Source: Candidatus Binatia bacterium (GTDB taxonomy: Bacteria > Desulfobacterota > Binatia > Bin18). From it: a stretch of DNA of 64,000 nucleotides. The notes below the pieces were generated by a model that searched no databases, had not been told where the DNA came from, and saw only the letters and a list, made by a program, of their open reading frames with translations. This document shows positions 1 to 10,327 of the stretch, piece by piece (position 1 is the stretch's first letter; every line of letters begins with the position of its first letter). The stretch is taken from assembly GCA_963664395.2 (NCBI GenBank), contig OY761159.2, positions 2,752,001 through 2,816,000 on the forward strand, read 5' to 3'. The translations under genes and the position numbers were made by a program.

Positions 1-60
1 AGGCTCAGGCAACAGACGAGCAGCAGCGCTTTCAGAATAAGGTGAGACATGCAAACCTCC

Positions 61-552
61 TCACGCGGTGCTTTTTTGAATGGACCGGGCTAACAAATCG
101 AGGGCCGTGTGAGTGAACGCCCACATGTTCGCTTCCCGATCCGGGCTTCCGGTCTCTAATGTCAACGTTTCTTCAACTGGCCCTGTTACCGCAAAACAGG
201 CATGTCCGGCAGCGTCACCATAGCTGTTACCGGTTGGTCCGGTGGCTCCTGTTTCACTCAGTCCCCAGGTCGTCTCAAAACGCTCCCGCACCTGACGAGC
301 AAGACGCAGCGCATACTCCTCAGTACTCGCTCGCACGCCCTCAAGCGCTTCGTCAGGCATCGCCAGAAGTGACCGCCGCGCCTCATGGGTATAGATCACC
401 CCGCCGCCCAGGAAATACGCCGACGCTCCGGGCACTGTCAAGAGTGCCGCCGAAATCAAACCTCCGGCTGAGGATTCGGCCACCGCAATCGTGTGTGTAT
501 GTGTCTTGAGAAGCTCGCCAACCGTACGGCCTAATGTCGTTAAATTTTTCAT
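61..552 (-). CDS. CinA C-terminal/PncC family (NMN deamidase-like) protein
   Basis: AVAESSAGGLI, PGASAYF and SETGATGP motifs typical of CinA_C. Confidence 0.85.
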   Translation of the reverse strand: MKNLTTLGRTVGELLKTHTHTIAVAESSAGGLISAALLTVPGASAYFLGGGVIYTHEARRSLLAMPDEALEGVRASTEEYALRLARQVRERFETTWGLSETGATGPTGNSYGDAAGHACFAVTGPVEETLTLETGSPDREANMWAFTHTALDLLARSIQKSTA

Positions 553-609
553 AGCGCCCTTTTACTGTGAGTAGAGAGGAATAAAAAGCCCAGGAGGGCA
601 AAGGTATAT

Positions 610-1575
610 TCAGGCAGTGGGCGTTGTCTTTCTTGCGCTTTTCTTTGCCGCTCGGTCCAACCACGTCAACGCCGCGTCAATAAACGGCGGCAGGCTTTTG
701 TACAGCCGTACTGGCAACGGAAGGGCGCGCAGGGCGGCGGCAAGCTGGGCGGCGCGGTCTGGCTGGGTGGCAATGTGAGCGAGGGGTGTGACGTAGACGC
801 GGATGGTGAACAGGATGTCTTTTGTTTGCGGCAGACGGCGGAGGGTCTGGCGTTCCATTCGCAGCCAGAGGGTGTCCCCGGCATTCTCTGGCGTGATGGC
901 AGCGTTGACCCCTTTTCGACCATGCCCGGTCGGCTGAAAAAGGGTCGGGTCGTCCATGAGGCTCCAATTGAGCCGCCAGACTGGCTTATCGACTTTCAGC
1001 CGCTCAAAAAACTTGTCCATAGTTGGGGCGAGCTGGTCTGCATAGCCGGGAATCGGGGCGTGAATCGTATTGAGTGGCTTGCCAATTTTGTCCGTCAAGC
1101 GCCAGCGTGTCGGAAAGCATAAAGACGCGCCGACCAGGTGGTAGACCTGGGTGTGCGCCTGCCACTGCATGAGACACATATCCTCTTGGACAAGCCGGCC
1201 GGCCAGGTCGAGTGGATGCAGGCTCGTGGTGTGAATCTCCCACTGCTGGCCTGTGGCAAGATTCTCGATCCGGTCTCCACTTCTTCCACTTCTTCCACTT
1301 CTTTTGTACATCTCCGGAAATCGAGTCGGGAGATGCTCAACGAGCAACGCCAAAACTTCGGCTGAACTCGGCGCTGCCTCAGGCAGGGCGGCAAAGACCT
1401 CGCCGTAACGTTCGGTCAGGAGGCGTTCTTTCTCTTTGAGTTCTCCGGCGAAATGTGTATCAGATTCGATCCAGTCGTTGAGGTCGAGCGGCATGAGCCC
1501 CATTGAGAGCCGAAACGGTCCGGCCTTGAATGGGGCGTAGTCAGGTGGAGACACATGTGAGGCTGGAGTTGTCAT
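610..1575 (-). CDS. DUF3445 family (heme-dependent oxidative N-demethylase alpha-like) protein
   Basis: LVQEDMC, CFPTRW, IHAPIP, WRLNW and RMERQTLRRLP motifs. Confidence 0.8.
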   Translation of the reverse strand: MTTPASHVSPPDYAPFKAGPFRLSMGLMPLDLNDWIESDTHFAGELKEKERLLTERYGEVFAALPEAAPSSAEVLALLVEHLPTRFPEMYKRSGRSGRSGDRIENLATGQQWEIHTTSLHPLDLAGRLVQEDMCLMQWQAHTQVYHLVGASLCFPTRWRLTDKIGKPLNTIHAPIPGYADQLAPTMDKFFERLKVDKPVWRLNWSLMDDPTLFQPTGHGRKGVNAAITPENAGDTLWLRMERQTLRRLPQTKDILFTIRVYVTPLAHIATQPDRAAQLAAALRALPLPVRLYKSLPPFIDAALTWLDRAAKKSARKTTPTA

Positions 1576-2966
1576 CAGTCTGCTACCGGAGCTGCTGCCT
1601 GCTCTTTTTTCTTACGCTGCGCCGCGAAAATATCAATCTCCTGCCATATGTCCCGGGAGAATCGCCACCACAGGCCAAAGCCAAACAGGGAGACGTTGAT
1701 GGTGCCGGCCATCCACGGTCCCAGGGATTCGAGATGGGTAAAGAGCACGGAACCAAGGCTGAGCGGCGTGAATACACACAATAAAAGCGTGACAGTCAGG
1801 CCGGCAATCCAATGCGTGTCTCCCGCACCACGCAGGGCTCCGGCAAAGGTAATGCCCATACCATCAAAAACTTGAAGCAGGGCGGCGCATATCAGTAAGG
1901 TGCTGCCGATCTGGATGACGGTCGGATCTTGGCTGAAAAAACCGATGAAAGAGAAGCGAAACAGGAAATAGCACATGCCCATCAGAGCCATATAGGACAT
2001 GGCCAAAAAGAAGGCTTCATACACGCGTTGTACGGCCAGCTCAGGCTTTCCTTCTCCAATATAGCGGCCAACCAGCGCGGTCAGCGCTTGGCCGAGTCCA
2101 AGCGCCGGCATGAATGAGACCGTCATGTATTGAATAGCGATATTACTGGCGGCCAAGTGCTGCTTGCCAAACTGGCCAACCATTAAGATGATTAATACGC
2201 CCCAGCCCAAGACATCCAGGGCCATTTGCGTCCCAGCCGGCCAGCCAATGTGCAGTAACTGGCGGGCGGATGTCCAGCACGGCTTCCAGCCCGCTCGCGT
2301 GGTAAACCGGGCTGCGTAAGACTGGGAGAGGAACACCCAGAAGAGCACCGTAAATTGCACGATAAAGCTCAACACCATAGCCAGGGCTGCCCCCCTGAGA
2401 CCCAGGGCCGGCACACCGAATTTTCCAAAGATCAAAGTATAGGCGAAAATGATGTTGGCGATATTGGCAATAACAGCGGCGCCTAGTGGGACCTTGGGCC
2501 TGTGCAGCCCGTAGAAGAATCCACTCAGCGCGCCGATGGCAACCGAAAAGCCGATACCCCAGAGCCGGACGCGGAAGTAGACGACTTCAAGCACAACAAT
2601 GTCCGGCTCATGTCCGAACAGGGAAAAGAAGTAGGGCGCCGCCGGCCACAAGGCAAAGACCACGAGGCCAACAAAGACACTCAAATACAGAGCCTGCCAG
2701 GCGACGACTGAACCTTCGTCCGGCGCACCCCGACCCAACGCCTGGGCGACAAAAGTACTGACACACTGCGTAATACCAAGTGGGAAGGCGGTGAGGGTAT
2801 AGGCGATCACTCCAGCCGGCATGGCTGCGGCGATTTCAGCCGTACCGACCTGGGCCACCATCCAGGTGTCAACAAAGCCGATCACCGTGAGCGAGGCCAT
2901 CGACATAATAATCGGGAAGGCAAATTGCAGGATTTCGTTGAGCCCGGTTCGGGTGGGAATAAACAT
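1575..2966 (-). CDS. MATE family efflux transporter
   Basis: ~12 TM pattern, FVDTWMVAQVG, ALRGAGDT; start moved to ATG 2966 (MFIPTRTG). Confidence 0.85.
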   Translation of the reverse strand: MFIPTRTGLNEILQFAFPIIMSMASLTVIGFVDTWMVAQVGTAEIAAAMPAGVIAYTLTAFPLGITQCVSTFVAQALGRGAPDEGSVVAWQALYLSVFVGLVVFALWPAAPYFFSLFGHEPDIVVLEVVYFRVRLWGIGFSVAIGALSGFFYGLHRPKVPLGAAVIANIANIIFAYTLIFGKFGVPALGLRGAALAMVLSFIVQFTVLFWVFLSQSYAARFTTRAGWKPCWTSARQLLHIGWPAGTQMALDVLGWGVLIILMVGQFGKQHLAASNIAIQYMTVSFMPALGLGQALTALVGRYIGEGKPELAVQRVYEAFFLAMSYMALMGMCYFLFRFSFIGFFSQDPTVIQIGSTLLICAALLQVFDGMGITFAGALRGAGDTHWIAGLTVTLLLCVFTPLSLGSVLFTHLESLGPWMAGTINVSLFGFGLWWRFSRDIWQEIDIFAAQRKKKEQAAAPVAD

Positions 2967-3027
2967 AACGGTTTGCAGTGAGAGAGGGTTTTGTATAGGC
3001 AGATGACAGTGTAATTTCCAGGTGTGT

Positions 3028-4251
3028 ATGGCAGACCAGTTTGACCTTATCATCATTGGCGGTGGAATCCTTGGCCTGGCCACTGCCCTGGACGTGACCC
3101 GCCAATACCCCAGGATCAAACTTGGGGTCCTCGAAAAAGAGGCTCGCCTGGCGGTGCATCAAACCGGGCATAACAGCGGGGTTATCCACTCCGGGATTTA
3201 TTATAAACCCGGCTCTCTCAAGGCCCGGACCTGCGTGATCGGCGGAAAGCTGTTGACCGAATTTTGTGAGCAACACGATATTCCTCATGAACGGTGTGGG
3301 AAAGTCGTTGTGGCAACGTCACAAGACGAACTCCCCCGGCTTGAGGAACTGCACCGGCGCGGCACGGCCAACGGGGTTGAGGGCCTGGAAATGATCGGAC
3401 CCGAGCGGCTGCGCGAACTCGAACCACATGCCGCCGGCATCCGCGCCTTATATGTCCCCCAAACAGGTATTATTGATTATGTGCGGGTAGCTGAGCAGTA
3501 TGCCGCTCTGGTTCAAGAAGCTGGGGGCGAGATTCAGTGTGCGCGACAGGTGCAGAACATTGTCTCGACTGATGGTCACCTGGTGGTGGAGACTTCCACG
3601 GGAGCTGTCCATACGCGGGCAGTCATTAACTGTGGCGGTCTCCAATGTGACCGGATTGCGCAGATGGCAGGCGCAGAGCCGGCACTGCAAATTGTTCCAT
3701 TCCGAGGTGAGTATTATACGATTGCACCACCCAAACACTCTTTGGTGAACAATCTCATCTATCCGGTTCCAGACCCGGCCTTTCCTTTTCTTGGCGTGCA
3801 TTTCACACGGACCATGGCTGGTGAAAGGGAAGCTGGTCCGAATGCGGTGTTGGCATTTGCCCGAGAGGGCTATCAGTGGGCAGACCTGGTCCCGCAAGAG
3901 TTATGGGAAACGTTGCGCTTCTCGGGTTTTCGGACGATAGCGCGCAAATATTGGCAGACTGGTCTTGGAGAAATATACCGCTCTTTGAATAAAGCCGCTT
4001 TTCTGCATGCCCTCCAGCGCCTTCTGCCGGAGCTTCAGGCACAAGACTTACTGCCGGGCGGCAGTGGCGTGCGTGCCCAAGCTATTTCAGCCGACGGTGC
4101 CTTGGTGGACGATTTTGTCATCACCAGCTCGCCGCATGCCGTCCATGTGCTGAATGCTCCCTCGCCAGGCGCAACCGCTTCGCTTGCCATCGGGCAGCAG
4201 ATTGTGAGGCAGGCTGCACAGGTGTTCTCGTGGAGGACGGAGCCGTCTTGA
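3028..4251 (+). CDS. lhgO: L-2-hydroxyglutarate oxidase
   Basis: IGGGILG FAD motif, HQTGHNSGVIHSGIYY, PFRGEYY, NAPSPGATASL. Confidence 0.9.
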   Translation: MADQFDLIIIGGGILGLATALDVTRQYPRIKLGVLEKEARLAVHQTGHNSGVIHSGIYYKPGSLKARTCVIGGKLLTEFCEQHDIPHERCGKVVVATSQDELPRLEELHRRGTANGVEGLEMIGPERLRELEPHAAGIRALYVPQTGIIDYVRVAEQYAALVQEAGGEIQCARQVQNIVSTDGHLVVETSTGAVHTRAVINCGGLQCDRIAQMAGAEPALQIVPFRGEYYTIAPPKHSLVNNLIYPVPDPAFPFLGVHFTRTMAGEREAGPNAVLAFAREGYQWADLVPQELWETLRFSGFRTIARKYWQTGLGEIYRSLNKAAFLHALQRLLPELQAQDLLPGGSGVRAQAISADGALVDDFVITSSPHAVHVLNAPSPGATASLAIGQQIVRQAAQVFSWRTEPS

Positions 4252-4320
4252 GAGGGGAGGGGAATACGAGCGGCGCACGTTCCATTGGTCTTGCACGTAT
4301 TCATGTATCAAGGTGGGGGG

Positions 4321-4824
4321 ATGTTGAGTCGAGTTTTTGTTGGTATCGGGTCCAATCTTGGCAACCGCCGGGCGTACTATCAAAAGGCGCTCGACATGAT
4401 TGCCGACCTGCCTCAGACGTCCATTGTGAAATGCTCTTCGTTGTATGAGAGCGAGCCTCTCGGGGATGCAAAGAACTGGTATATCAATGGCGTGATTGCA
4501 TTGGAGACCGAGTGTACCCCCCCGCAGCTCTTGAGTCGCCTGCAAAAAATCGAGTTGGCGCTAGGACGCAAGCGGACGGCTCAGACAAAAAAATGGGCGT
4601 CACGCACCATTGATCTCGATATCTTACTTTTTGACAATGACGTTGTGGATGAAAAGAAATTGAAGATCCCGCATCCCGAAATGCACCGGCGTCGGTTTGT
4701 CCTTTTACCCCTCTCTGAACTGGCTCCGCAGTGTGTTCACCCCCACCTCGGTTCGACCGTGACCGAACTCCTGGTCGGTCTTGTGGACGACAAACAGGTC
4801 CTGCGCTTGGCTTCAAACGGTTGA
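4321..4824 (+). CDS. folK: 2-amino-4-hydroxy-6-hydroxymethyldihydropteridine pyrophosphokinase
   Basis: GIGSNLG, RTIDLDILLF, IPHPEMHRRRFVLLPL. Confidence 0.95.
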   Translation: MLSRVFVGIGSNLGNRRAYYQKALDMIADLPQTSIVKCSSLYESEPLGDAKNWYINGVIALETECTPPQLLSRLQKIELALGRKRTAQTKKWASRTIDLDILLFDNDVVDEKKLKIPHPEMHRRRFVLLPLSELAPQCVHPHLGSTVTELLVGLVDDKQVLRLASNG

Positions 4825-4876
4825 GCGAGAAAGGGCGGCAGATTGCTGGCAGAGGCCGCGTGTGACTGGAACCTGC

Positions 4877-5338
4877 TTATTCGGCAGCCAGGAGCGTCTC
4901 GACTCGCGCTGCCTGGTCTCGGACCGCCTGGGTCTGAGACCGAAAATGATCGAGGCTGCCAGGCTGAACGCGGAGTCGATCAGCCTCGGTGACGAGGCTT
5001 TCATACACATCCAGGAGCTGGTTAAAAGCGGTCAGCGAGGGCCGGTCGGCGTAGCGCTGGGCCACAATGCGGGAAAAGTCCCGCGCCCGTTCGAGCGGAT
5101 ACAAGAACTCGTTCATCATGACTGGGGCCAGCGTGTCGTTGTCTTCCAGGATCCGGTTCATTTTGTCGGTCATCGCACACATGAGTTCGATATGCGTGTG
5201 TACGAGTTTTTCGTACTTGAGCCAGTAGCATCCTCCCAGACTGCACGGCAGAATAAGACACAGCAGGATGCTGACTCGAACCAGCCGTTGGGGGGCGAGA
5301 GGCCGGGCTTGACGATTAGGAAACCAGCGGCCTAACAT
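4877..5338 (-). CDS. hypothetical, putative lipoprotein
   Basis: hydrophobic stretch ending in LGGC lipobox-like motif; helical body; start uncertain. Confidence 0.5.
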   Translation of the reverse strand: MLGRWFPNRQARPLAPQRLVRVSILLCLILPCSLGGCYWLKYEKLVHTHIELMCAMTDKMNRILEDNDTLAPVMMNEFLYPLERARDFSRIVAQRYADRPSLTAFNQLLDVYESLVTEADRLRVQPGSLDHFRSQTQAVRDQAARVETLLAAE

Positions 5339-5474
5339 AGTAGAAAAAGAATACTCCTGAGCATCACTCGAAGAATGATGCTCAGCTCTCGGTGTAGAGT
5401 GAAAATGAGGAAACGTACCAACATCTGCATGTCTGTTGATGGCACATTTACTCATTTCAAGTAAGTGGTCTTCC

Positions 5475-6959
5475 ATGTTCCAACTTCCTTCCATTTATTT
5501 TGAACGGCTCCTTGAAAGTTCTCTCGACACCGTGATTGCCGTTGATCATCGAGGTCAAATCATCTTTTACAACGACGGGGCGAGCAAGACCCTTGGCTAT
5601 ACCCGAGAGGAGGTCAAAGGGAAACGTGTCAAGCTCTATCCCAGCATCGAAGAAGCCCGGCGGGTGCTGGAGGTGATGCGCAGCGAGGAGATTGGGGAGA
5701 AGGGCAAGGTCAAGAGCTTTGAAACCGCCCTGGTCGCAAAAAGTGGAGAGCGTATCCCAGTCTCTTTCTCGGGCTCGATTATTTACGACGAAAACGGAGC
5801 AGAAATCGGTTCGATCGGCTTTCACCGCGACCTGCGTGAGATCCGTTTGCCGCCGGGGTATTTTGAGCGGCTGCTTGAAAATTCACTCGATATCGTGATT
5901 GCGCTCGACCACAAGGGCCAGATTATTTTTTACAACGATGGGGCGCATCAGACTCTCGGCTATACCTCACAAGAGATCCATGGCAAGCGCGTCTGGACCT
6001 CCGTCTACCCGAGCCTTGACGAGGCGCGACGTGTCATGGAGGCAATGCGGGGCGAAGAGATCGGCGCGAAGGGAAAAGTGAAGAATTTCGAGACCGCGCT
6101 CGTGACAAAGAGCGGCGAGTACATCCCAGCCGCGCTTTCCGCGTCGATTATTTATGATGACGACGGGAAAGAGGCGGGCTCAATCGGCTTTTTGAAAGAC
6201 CTGCGAGAGATCCGTCAGCGAGATCAGTTAGCCACCCTGGGTGAATTAGCCGTTGGTCTGGGACATCGGATCAACAACCCGCTTGAGGTCATCTTCAATA
6301 ATCTGGACATTCTGACCAAACACATGGCACAGAGCTTTTCGGACGAAGAATACGTTGTCCAAGAAGAACGCGTGGAATCCATCCAGCGGGAGCTGGCGAA
6401 GATCCTCGGGATTGTCTCCCGTATTGACGATATGGCCCACGGTGAGCGCTATGATACGACTGAGTACCTGCACGGCTCTCGGATGGCAGACCTCGGTCGG
6501 GATGAAGTGGTTACTCCCCATGCCATTGGTGTCCGGCCGGCAACGCAGATACTGGCCGGCCTGCGCCTCTTGGTGGTCGATGATGATCTTGGCGTGTGCT
6601 ACTCGTTGCGTGATTTATTGACCGAAGACGGCTGTAGCGTTGAGGTCGCGACCAACGGGATTGAGGCGCTGAAGATCCTTGATCGGAATTTTCTGGGCCA
6701 GAACCCTTTCCACCTGGTGCTGAGTGACGTGGTGATGCCTGACTTAGACGGATACGATCTCTACATGGAGGCAAAGGAGCGTTACCCAGAACTGCCTGTT
6801 GTCCTGATGACGGCCTATTTTTACGACAAAGACCACGTGATCAAACGGAGCCGTCTGGAAGGATTGGAGGACGTCTTATTCAAGAAGCCGGTTGATCCGG
6901 ACCGGCTGAAAGAAATGATCCTCAAGCTGTGTAAACCCGAAGAAGCGAGTCAAGTATAG
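5475..6959 (+). CDS. PAS-PAS-HisKA-receiver signalling protein (no HATPase domain apparent)
   Basis: two near-duplicate PAS repeats, H-box GHRINNPL, REC domain (VVDDD, DVVMP, KKP). Confidence 0.8.
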   Translation: MFQLPSIYFERLLESSLDTVIAVDHRGQIIFYNDGASKTLGYTREEVKGKRVKLYPSIEEARRVLEVMRSEEIGEKGKVKSFETALVAKSGERIPVSFSGSIIYDENGAEIGSIGFHRDLREIRLPPGYFERLLENSLDIVIALDHKGQIIFYNDGAHQTLGYTSQEIHGKRVWTSVYPSLDEARRVMEAMRGEEIGAKGKVKNFETALVTKSGEYIPAALSASIIYDDDGKEAGSIGFLKDLREIRQRDQLATLGELAVGLGHRINNPLEVIFNNLDILTKHMAQSFSDEEYVVQEERVESIQRELAKILGIVSRIDDMAHGERYDTTEYLHGSRMADLGRDEVVTPHAIGVRPATQILAGLRLLVVDDDLGVCYSLRDLLTEDGCSVEVATNGIEALKILDRNFLGQNPFHLVLSDVVMPDLDGYDLYMEAKERYPELPVVLMTAYFYDKDHVIKRSRLEGLEDVLFKKPVDPDRLKEMILKLCKPEEASQV

Positions 6960-7078
6960 CCTCTTGCGGCGATACTCCTCCCGGTGGCAACGAACCGTCC
7001 TCCCCGCGGTTCAATCTTTTCCTTCTCAATACTGGACGGAACTGCCTGAAAAATCTATTCTTTAAGCTGGAAACATTC

Positions 7079-7107
7079 TTGACGCTCCACCAGGGTCGAG
7101 GTATAAA
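7079..7107 (+). promoter_or_regulatory. sigma70-type promoter of pckG
   Basis: TTGACG-17 nt-TATAAA, ~60 bp upstream of the start codon. Confidence 0.6.
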
Positions 7108-7166
7108 GAAATCTTATCGTTTTCTGTCATAAGTATTAGAATCTACCCTTATCCAGAGGAGACCAA

Positions 7167-8912
7167 ATGCCAACCCCACTCGAACAATGGGTCGAAGAGA
7201 CCGCCCAACTCACGCGGCCAGAGAACGTCCACTGGTGTGACGGCTCGGAAGAAGAAAATCAACGCCTGATTGAGGGCATGCTCGATGACGGGACCCTGAT
7301 GGCGTTGAACCAAGAGCAATATCCGAACTGTTATTTACACCGGAGTGATCCCAAAGATGTCGCGCGCACCGAGCACCTGACCTTTGTGTGTACACGGGAA
7401 AAAGCAGACGCCGGTCCGAATAATAACTGGATGGTCCCAGCGGAGGCCAAGGAAAAAGTCGGCGGACTCTTTAAGGGTGCAATGAAAGGCCGGACCTTAT
7501 ACGTCGTGCCGTATATCATGGGGCCGGTGACGTCTCCCTATAGTCAGGTTGGCGTAGAAATCACGGATAGCCCCTACGTCGCAGCCAGTATGCGCATCAT
7601 GACCCGCATGGGCAAGGCTGCACTTGAGCGGCTGGGTTCGTCAGAGAATTATGTCCAGGGCCTCCATTCTCTAGGAGACCTCAGCCCTGACCGCCGGTTT
7701 ATCATGCACTACCCTGAAGACCGTGCGATTTGGTCCATCGGTTCCGGCTACGGTGGGAACGCGCTGCTTGGGAAAAAGTGCTTCGCTCTACGGCTCGGGA
7801 GCTATATGGCGCGTGAGGAAGGCTGGCTGGCCGAGCATATGCTGATCATTGGCGTTGAAGAGCCGAGCGGCCGCACGACGTATATTGCGGCCGCATTCCC
7901 CAGCGCCTGCGGAAAAACGAATCTGGCCATGCTGATCCCACCGGAGAGCCAAAAGGGCTACAAAGTCTGGACGGTGGGCGATGATATTGCCTGGATGCAT
8001 CCCGGTCCGGATGGACGGCTGTGGGCGATTAATCCGGAGGCCGGGTTTTTTGGCGTTGCGCCGGGAACAAACTCTCACACAAATCCGAACGTCATGACGA
8101 CCGTCGCCAAGAACTCGATTTTTACGAATGTCGCACTCACTCCGGACCGCACTCCGTACTGGGAAGGCATGGACGGCGGTCCGCCGGCCGAGGCAATCGA
8201 TTGGCAGGGCCAGCCATGGACACCACAGTCTGAGGGCAAAGCCGCCCACCCCAACTCTCGCTTCACCACGCCGGCCCGACAGTGTCCGGTCATGTCTTCA
8301 GAGTGGGAATCTCCCCAAGGGGTGCCGATTTCGGCCTTCCTCTTTGGTGGCCGCCGCGCGGGTTTGATCCCCCTCGTCTATCAGTCTTTCAACTGGCAGC
8401 ACGGGGTGTCGCTTGGCACGACGATGGCCTCTGAAACAACGGCGGCGGCGACCGGAAAAGTCGGTAAGGTCCGGCGTGATCCCATGGCCATGTTACCCTT
8501 CTGTGGCTACAACATGGGCGACTATTTCGGCCATTGGCTCAACATGGGTAAAAAGATCGCAAATCCACCCAAAATTTTTCGGGTAAACTGGTTCCGGACG
8601 AATCAAGAAGGCAAACTTCTCTGGCCCGGCTTTGGAGAAAACCTGCGGGCGCTGCGTTGGGTTATTGCCCGGGTGCACGGTGAGGTTGGAGCTCGCGAGA
8701 CCGAAATCGGCTATCTGCCGCATATCAACGATATTGATACGACCGGTATTGATGTCTCGCCGGCAGTGCTCGACGAACTCCTCAGCGTGGACCGTCCGGG
8801 CTGGGTAAAAGCGGCAGAGAGTCAGCGCGAATTCTTTGAACAGTTCGGGGACCGACTCCCGCAGGAGCTGTGGCAAGAAAACGCGGCGCTGGATAAACGG
8901 CTGCAAGCCTGA
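7167..8912 (+). CDS. pckG: phosphoenolpyruvate carboxykinase (GTP)
   Basis: GSGYGGNALLGKKC, FPSACGKTNLAM, VGDDIAW, RRDPMAMLPFCGY. Confidence 0.97.
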   Translation: MPTPLEQWVEETAQLTRPENVHWCDGSEEENQRLIEGMLDDGTLMALNQEQYPNCYLHRSDPKDVARTEHLTFVCTREKADAGPNNNWMVPAEAKEKVGGLFKGAMKGRTLYVVPYIMGPVTSPYSQVGVEITDSPYVAASMRIMTRMGKAALERLGSSENYVQGLHSLGDLSPDRRFIMHYPEDRAIWSIGSGYGGNALLGKKCFALRLGSYMAREEGWLAEHMLIIGVEEPSGRTTYIAAAFPSACGKTNLAMLIPPESQKGYKVWTVGDDIAWMHPGPDGRLWAINPEAGFFGVAPGTNSHTNPNVMTTVAKNSIFTNVALTPDRTPYWEGMDGGPPAEAIDWQGQPWTPQSEGKAAHPNSRFTTPARQCPVMSSEWESPQGVPISAFLFGGRRAGLIPLVYQSFNWQHGVSLGTTMASETTAAATGKVGKVRRDPMAMLPFCGYNMGDYFGHWLNMGKKIANPPKIFRVNWFRTNQEGKLLWPGFGENLRALRWVIARVHGEVGARETEIGYLPHINDIDTTGIDVSPAVLDELLSVDRPGWVKAAESQREFFEQFGDRLPQELWQENAALDKRLQA

Positions 8913-8937
8913 AGAGGGACCTCAGCCCCAAGTCACC

Positions 8938-9624
8938 ATGGTCCGCATTACAAAAGTTTATACCCGGACGGGTGATACAGGTTCGACCCGACTCGTCGGG
9001 GGCAAAAAGGTCGCCAAGGATGCGGCCCGTATCGCTGCCTATGGGACGATAGACGAACTCAACTCTGTTGTGGGCCTGGCCCGGGTGTTCAACGACGACC
9101 TGAAGCAAGAACTGCCGGCCGCCAAACAGTTAGACGATATTTTCCGCCAACTTCAAAATGAGCTGTTCGACCTGGGGAGTGAACTTGCCACGCCGTCGGA
9201 CTTTTCCTACGAGGGCATGTTTCGAGTCAGTGAGCAGGAGGTGAAGAGCCTCGAACGCCTCATCGATTCGTGCCAGAAAGACCTGGAGCCACTCAACTCT
9301 TTTATCCTGCCCGGTGGCGGCAAAGTGGGCGGTTTCCTGCATCAGGCCCGAACCGTCTGTCGGCGGGCCGAACGCGATATCCTGCGACTCTCGCGCGAAG
9401 AAGAGGTCAGCCCCTGGCCGCTCACCTATGTCAATCGACTCAGCGATCTGCTGTTCGTCCTGTCCCGCTGGGTGAGCCACAAGCTGGGCGAGCCGGAATA
9501 TCTCTGGGAGCGTGGCCTGCGCAGCAGTGAGCGAAAAGCTGCTCGGTCCGGCAAAGCAAAAACGGCAAAACCCACCCGCAGAGCCAAAAAAGCCGTGAAA
9601 AAACGCGCACAAAAGGGGACGTGA
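8938..9624 (+). CDS. pduO: cob(I)alamin adenosyltransferase, PduO type, with basic C-terminal tail
   Basis: KVYTRTGDTG, YGTIDELNS, RTVCRRAER, NRLSDLLF. Confidence 0.9.
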   Translation: MVRITKVYTRTGDTGSTRLVGGKKVAKDAARIAAYGTIDELNSVVGLARVFNDDLKQELPAAKQLDDIFRQLQNELFDLGSELATPSDFSYEGMFRVSEQEVKSLERLIDSCQKDLEPLNSFILPGGGKVGGFLHQARTVCRRAERDILRLSREEEVSPWPLTYVNRLSDLLFVLSRWVSHKLGEPEYLWERGLRSSERKAARSGKAKTAKPTRRAKKAVKKRAQKGT

Positions 9625-10307
9625 TGGCCGAGTCTTCCCTGTATTTCAAACAAATTGAAATTGGCCCGATGCAGAACTTTGCCTACCTGATTGGGGATAC
9701 GGCCACACGGGAGGCGGTCGTTATCGACGCCGCCTGGGACATTCCCGCCATTATCCGGACCGCGGAACACGACGGCTTCAGCATTACCCAAGCGCTGGTG
9801 ACCCACTATCACCAGGATCACCTGGGCGGCGATTTGTTCGGCACCCACATCCAGGGAGTGGTTGAACTGCTCGAACAGGTGAAAGCCAAGGTGTATATCC
9901 ACAAGGCCGAGTCCGAATTTTTGGGCCGCCTGGTCGGCCTGTCCGATTCCGACATCGTTCAGGTCGAGGGCGGTGATACGACCGCTGTGGGCGCTCTCAG
10001 CATCAAGTTCATTCACACCCCCGGACATACGCCCGGCTCACAATGTTTTCTGATTGAGAATCGCCTGGTGGCCGGTGACACGCTGTTTATTAACTCGTGC
10101 GGCCGGGTGGACCTGCCGGGCAGCAGCCCGGAAGATATGTATTCGAGTCTGCAAACGCTCTCGCAACTGGCGGACGAGACCGTTCTCTATCCCGGCCATA
10201 ATTATGCTTCTCAGCCCTGGGATAGCCTGGGTGCCCAAAAACGTCACAATATGTATCTGCGTCTCAGCGCCAGGGGACGCCAGGAATTTCTGGCCGCCCT
10301 GAGATAA
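9624..10307 (+). CDS. MBL-fold hydrolase (glyoxalase II-like)
   Basis: THYHQDH, HTPGHTPG, GDTLF, YPGH. Confidence 0.85.
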   Translation: MAESSLYFKQIEIGPMQNFAYLIGDTATREAVVIDAAWDIPAIIRTAEHDGFSITQALVTHYHQDHLGGDLFGTHIQGVVELLEQVKAKVYIHKAESEFLGRLVGLSDSDIVQVEGGDTTAVGALSIKFIHTPGHTPGSQCFLIENRLVAGDTLFINSCGRVDLPGSSPEDMYSSLQTLSQLADETVLYPGHNYASQPWDSLGAQKRHNMYLRLSARGRQEFLAALR

Positions 10308-10327
10308 ACGGACACAAAGGAGCACGG

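Noticed and set aside
1277-1303. 9-bp tandem repeat in the DUF3445 gene (also GAGTCGGCT x3 at 42770-42796)
   Set aside because: In-frame micro-duplication with no phase-variation consequence
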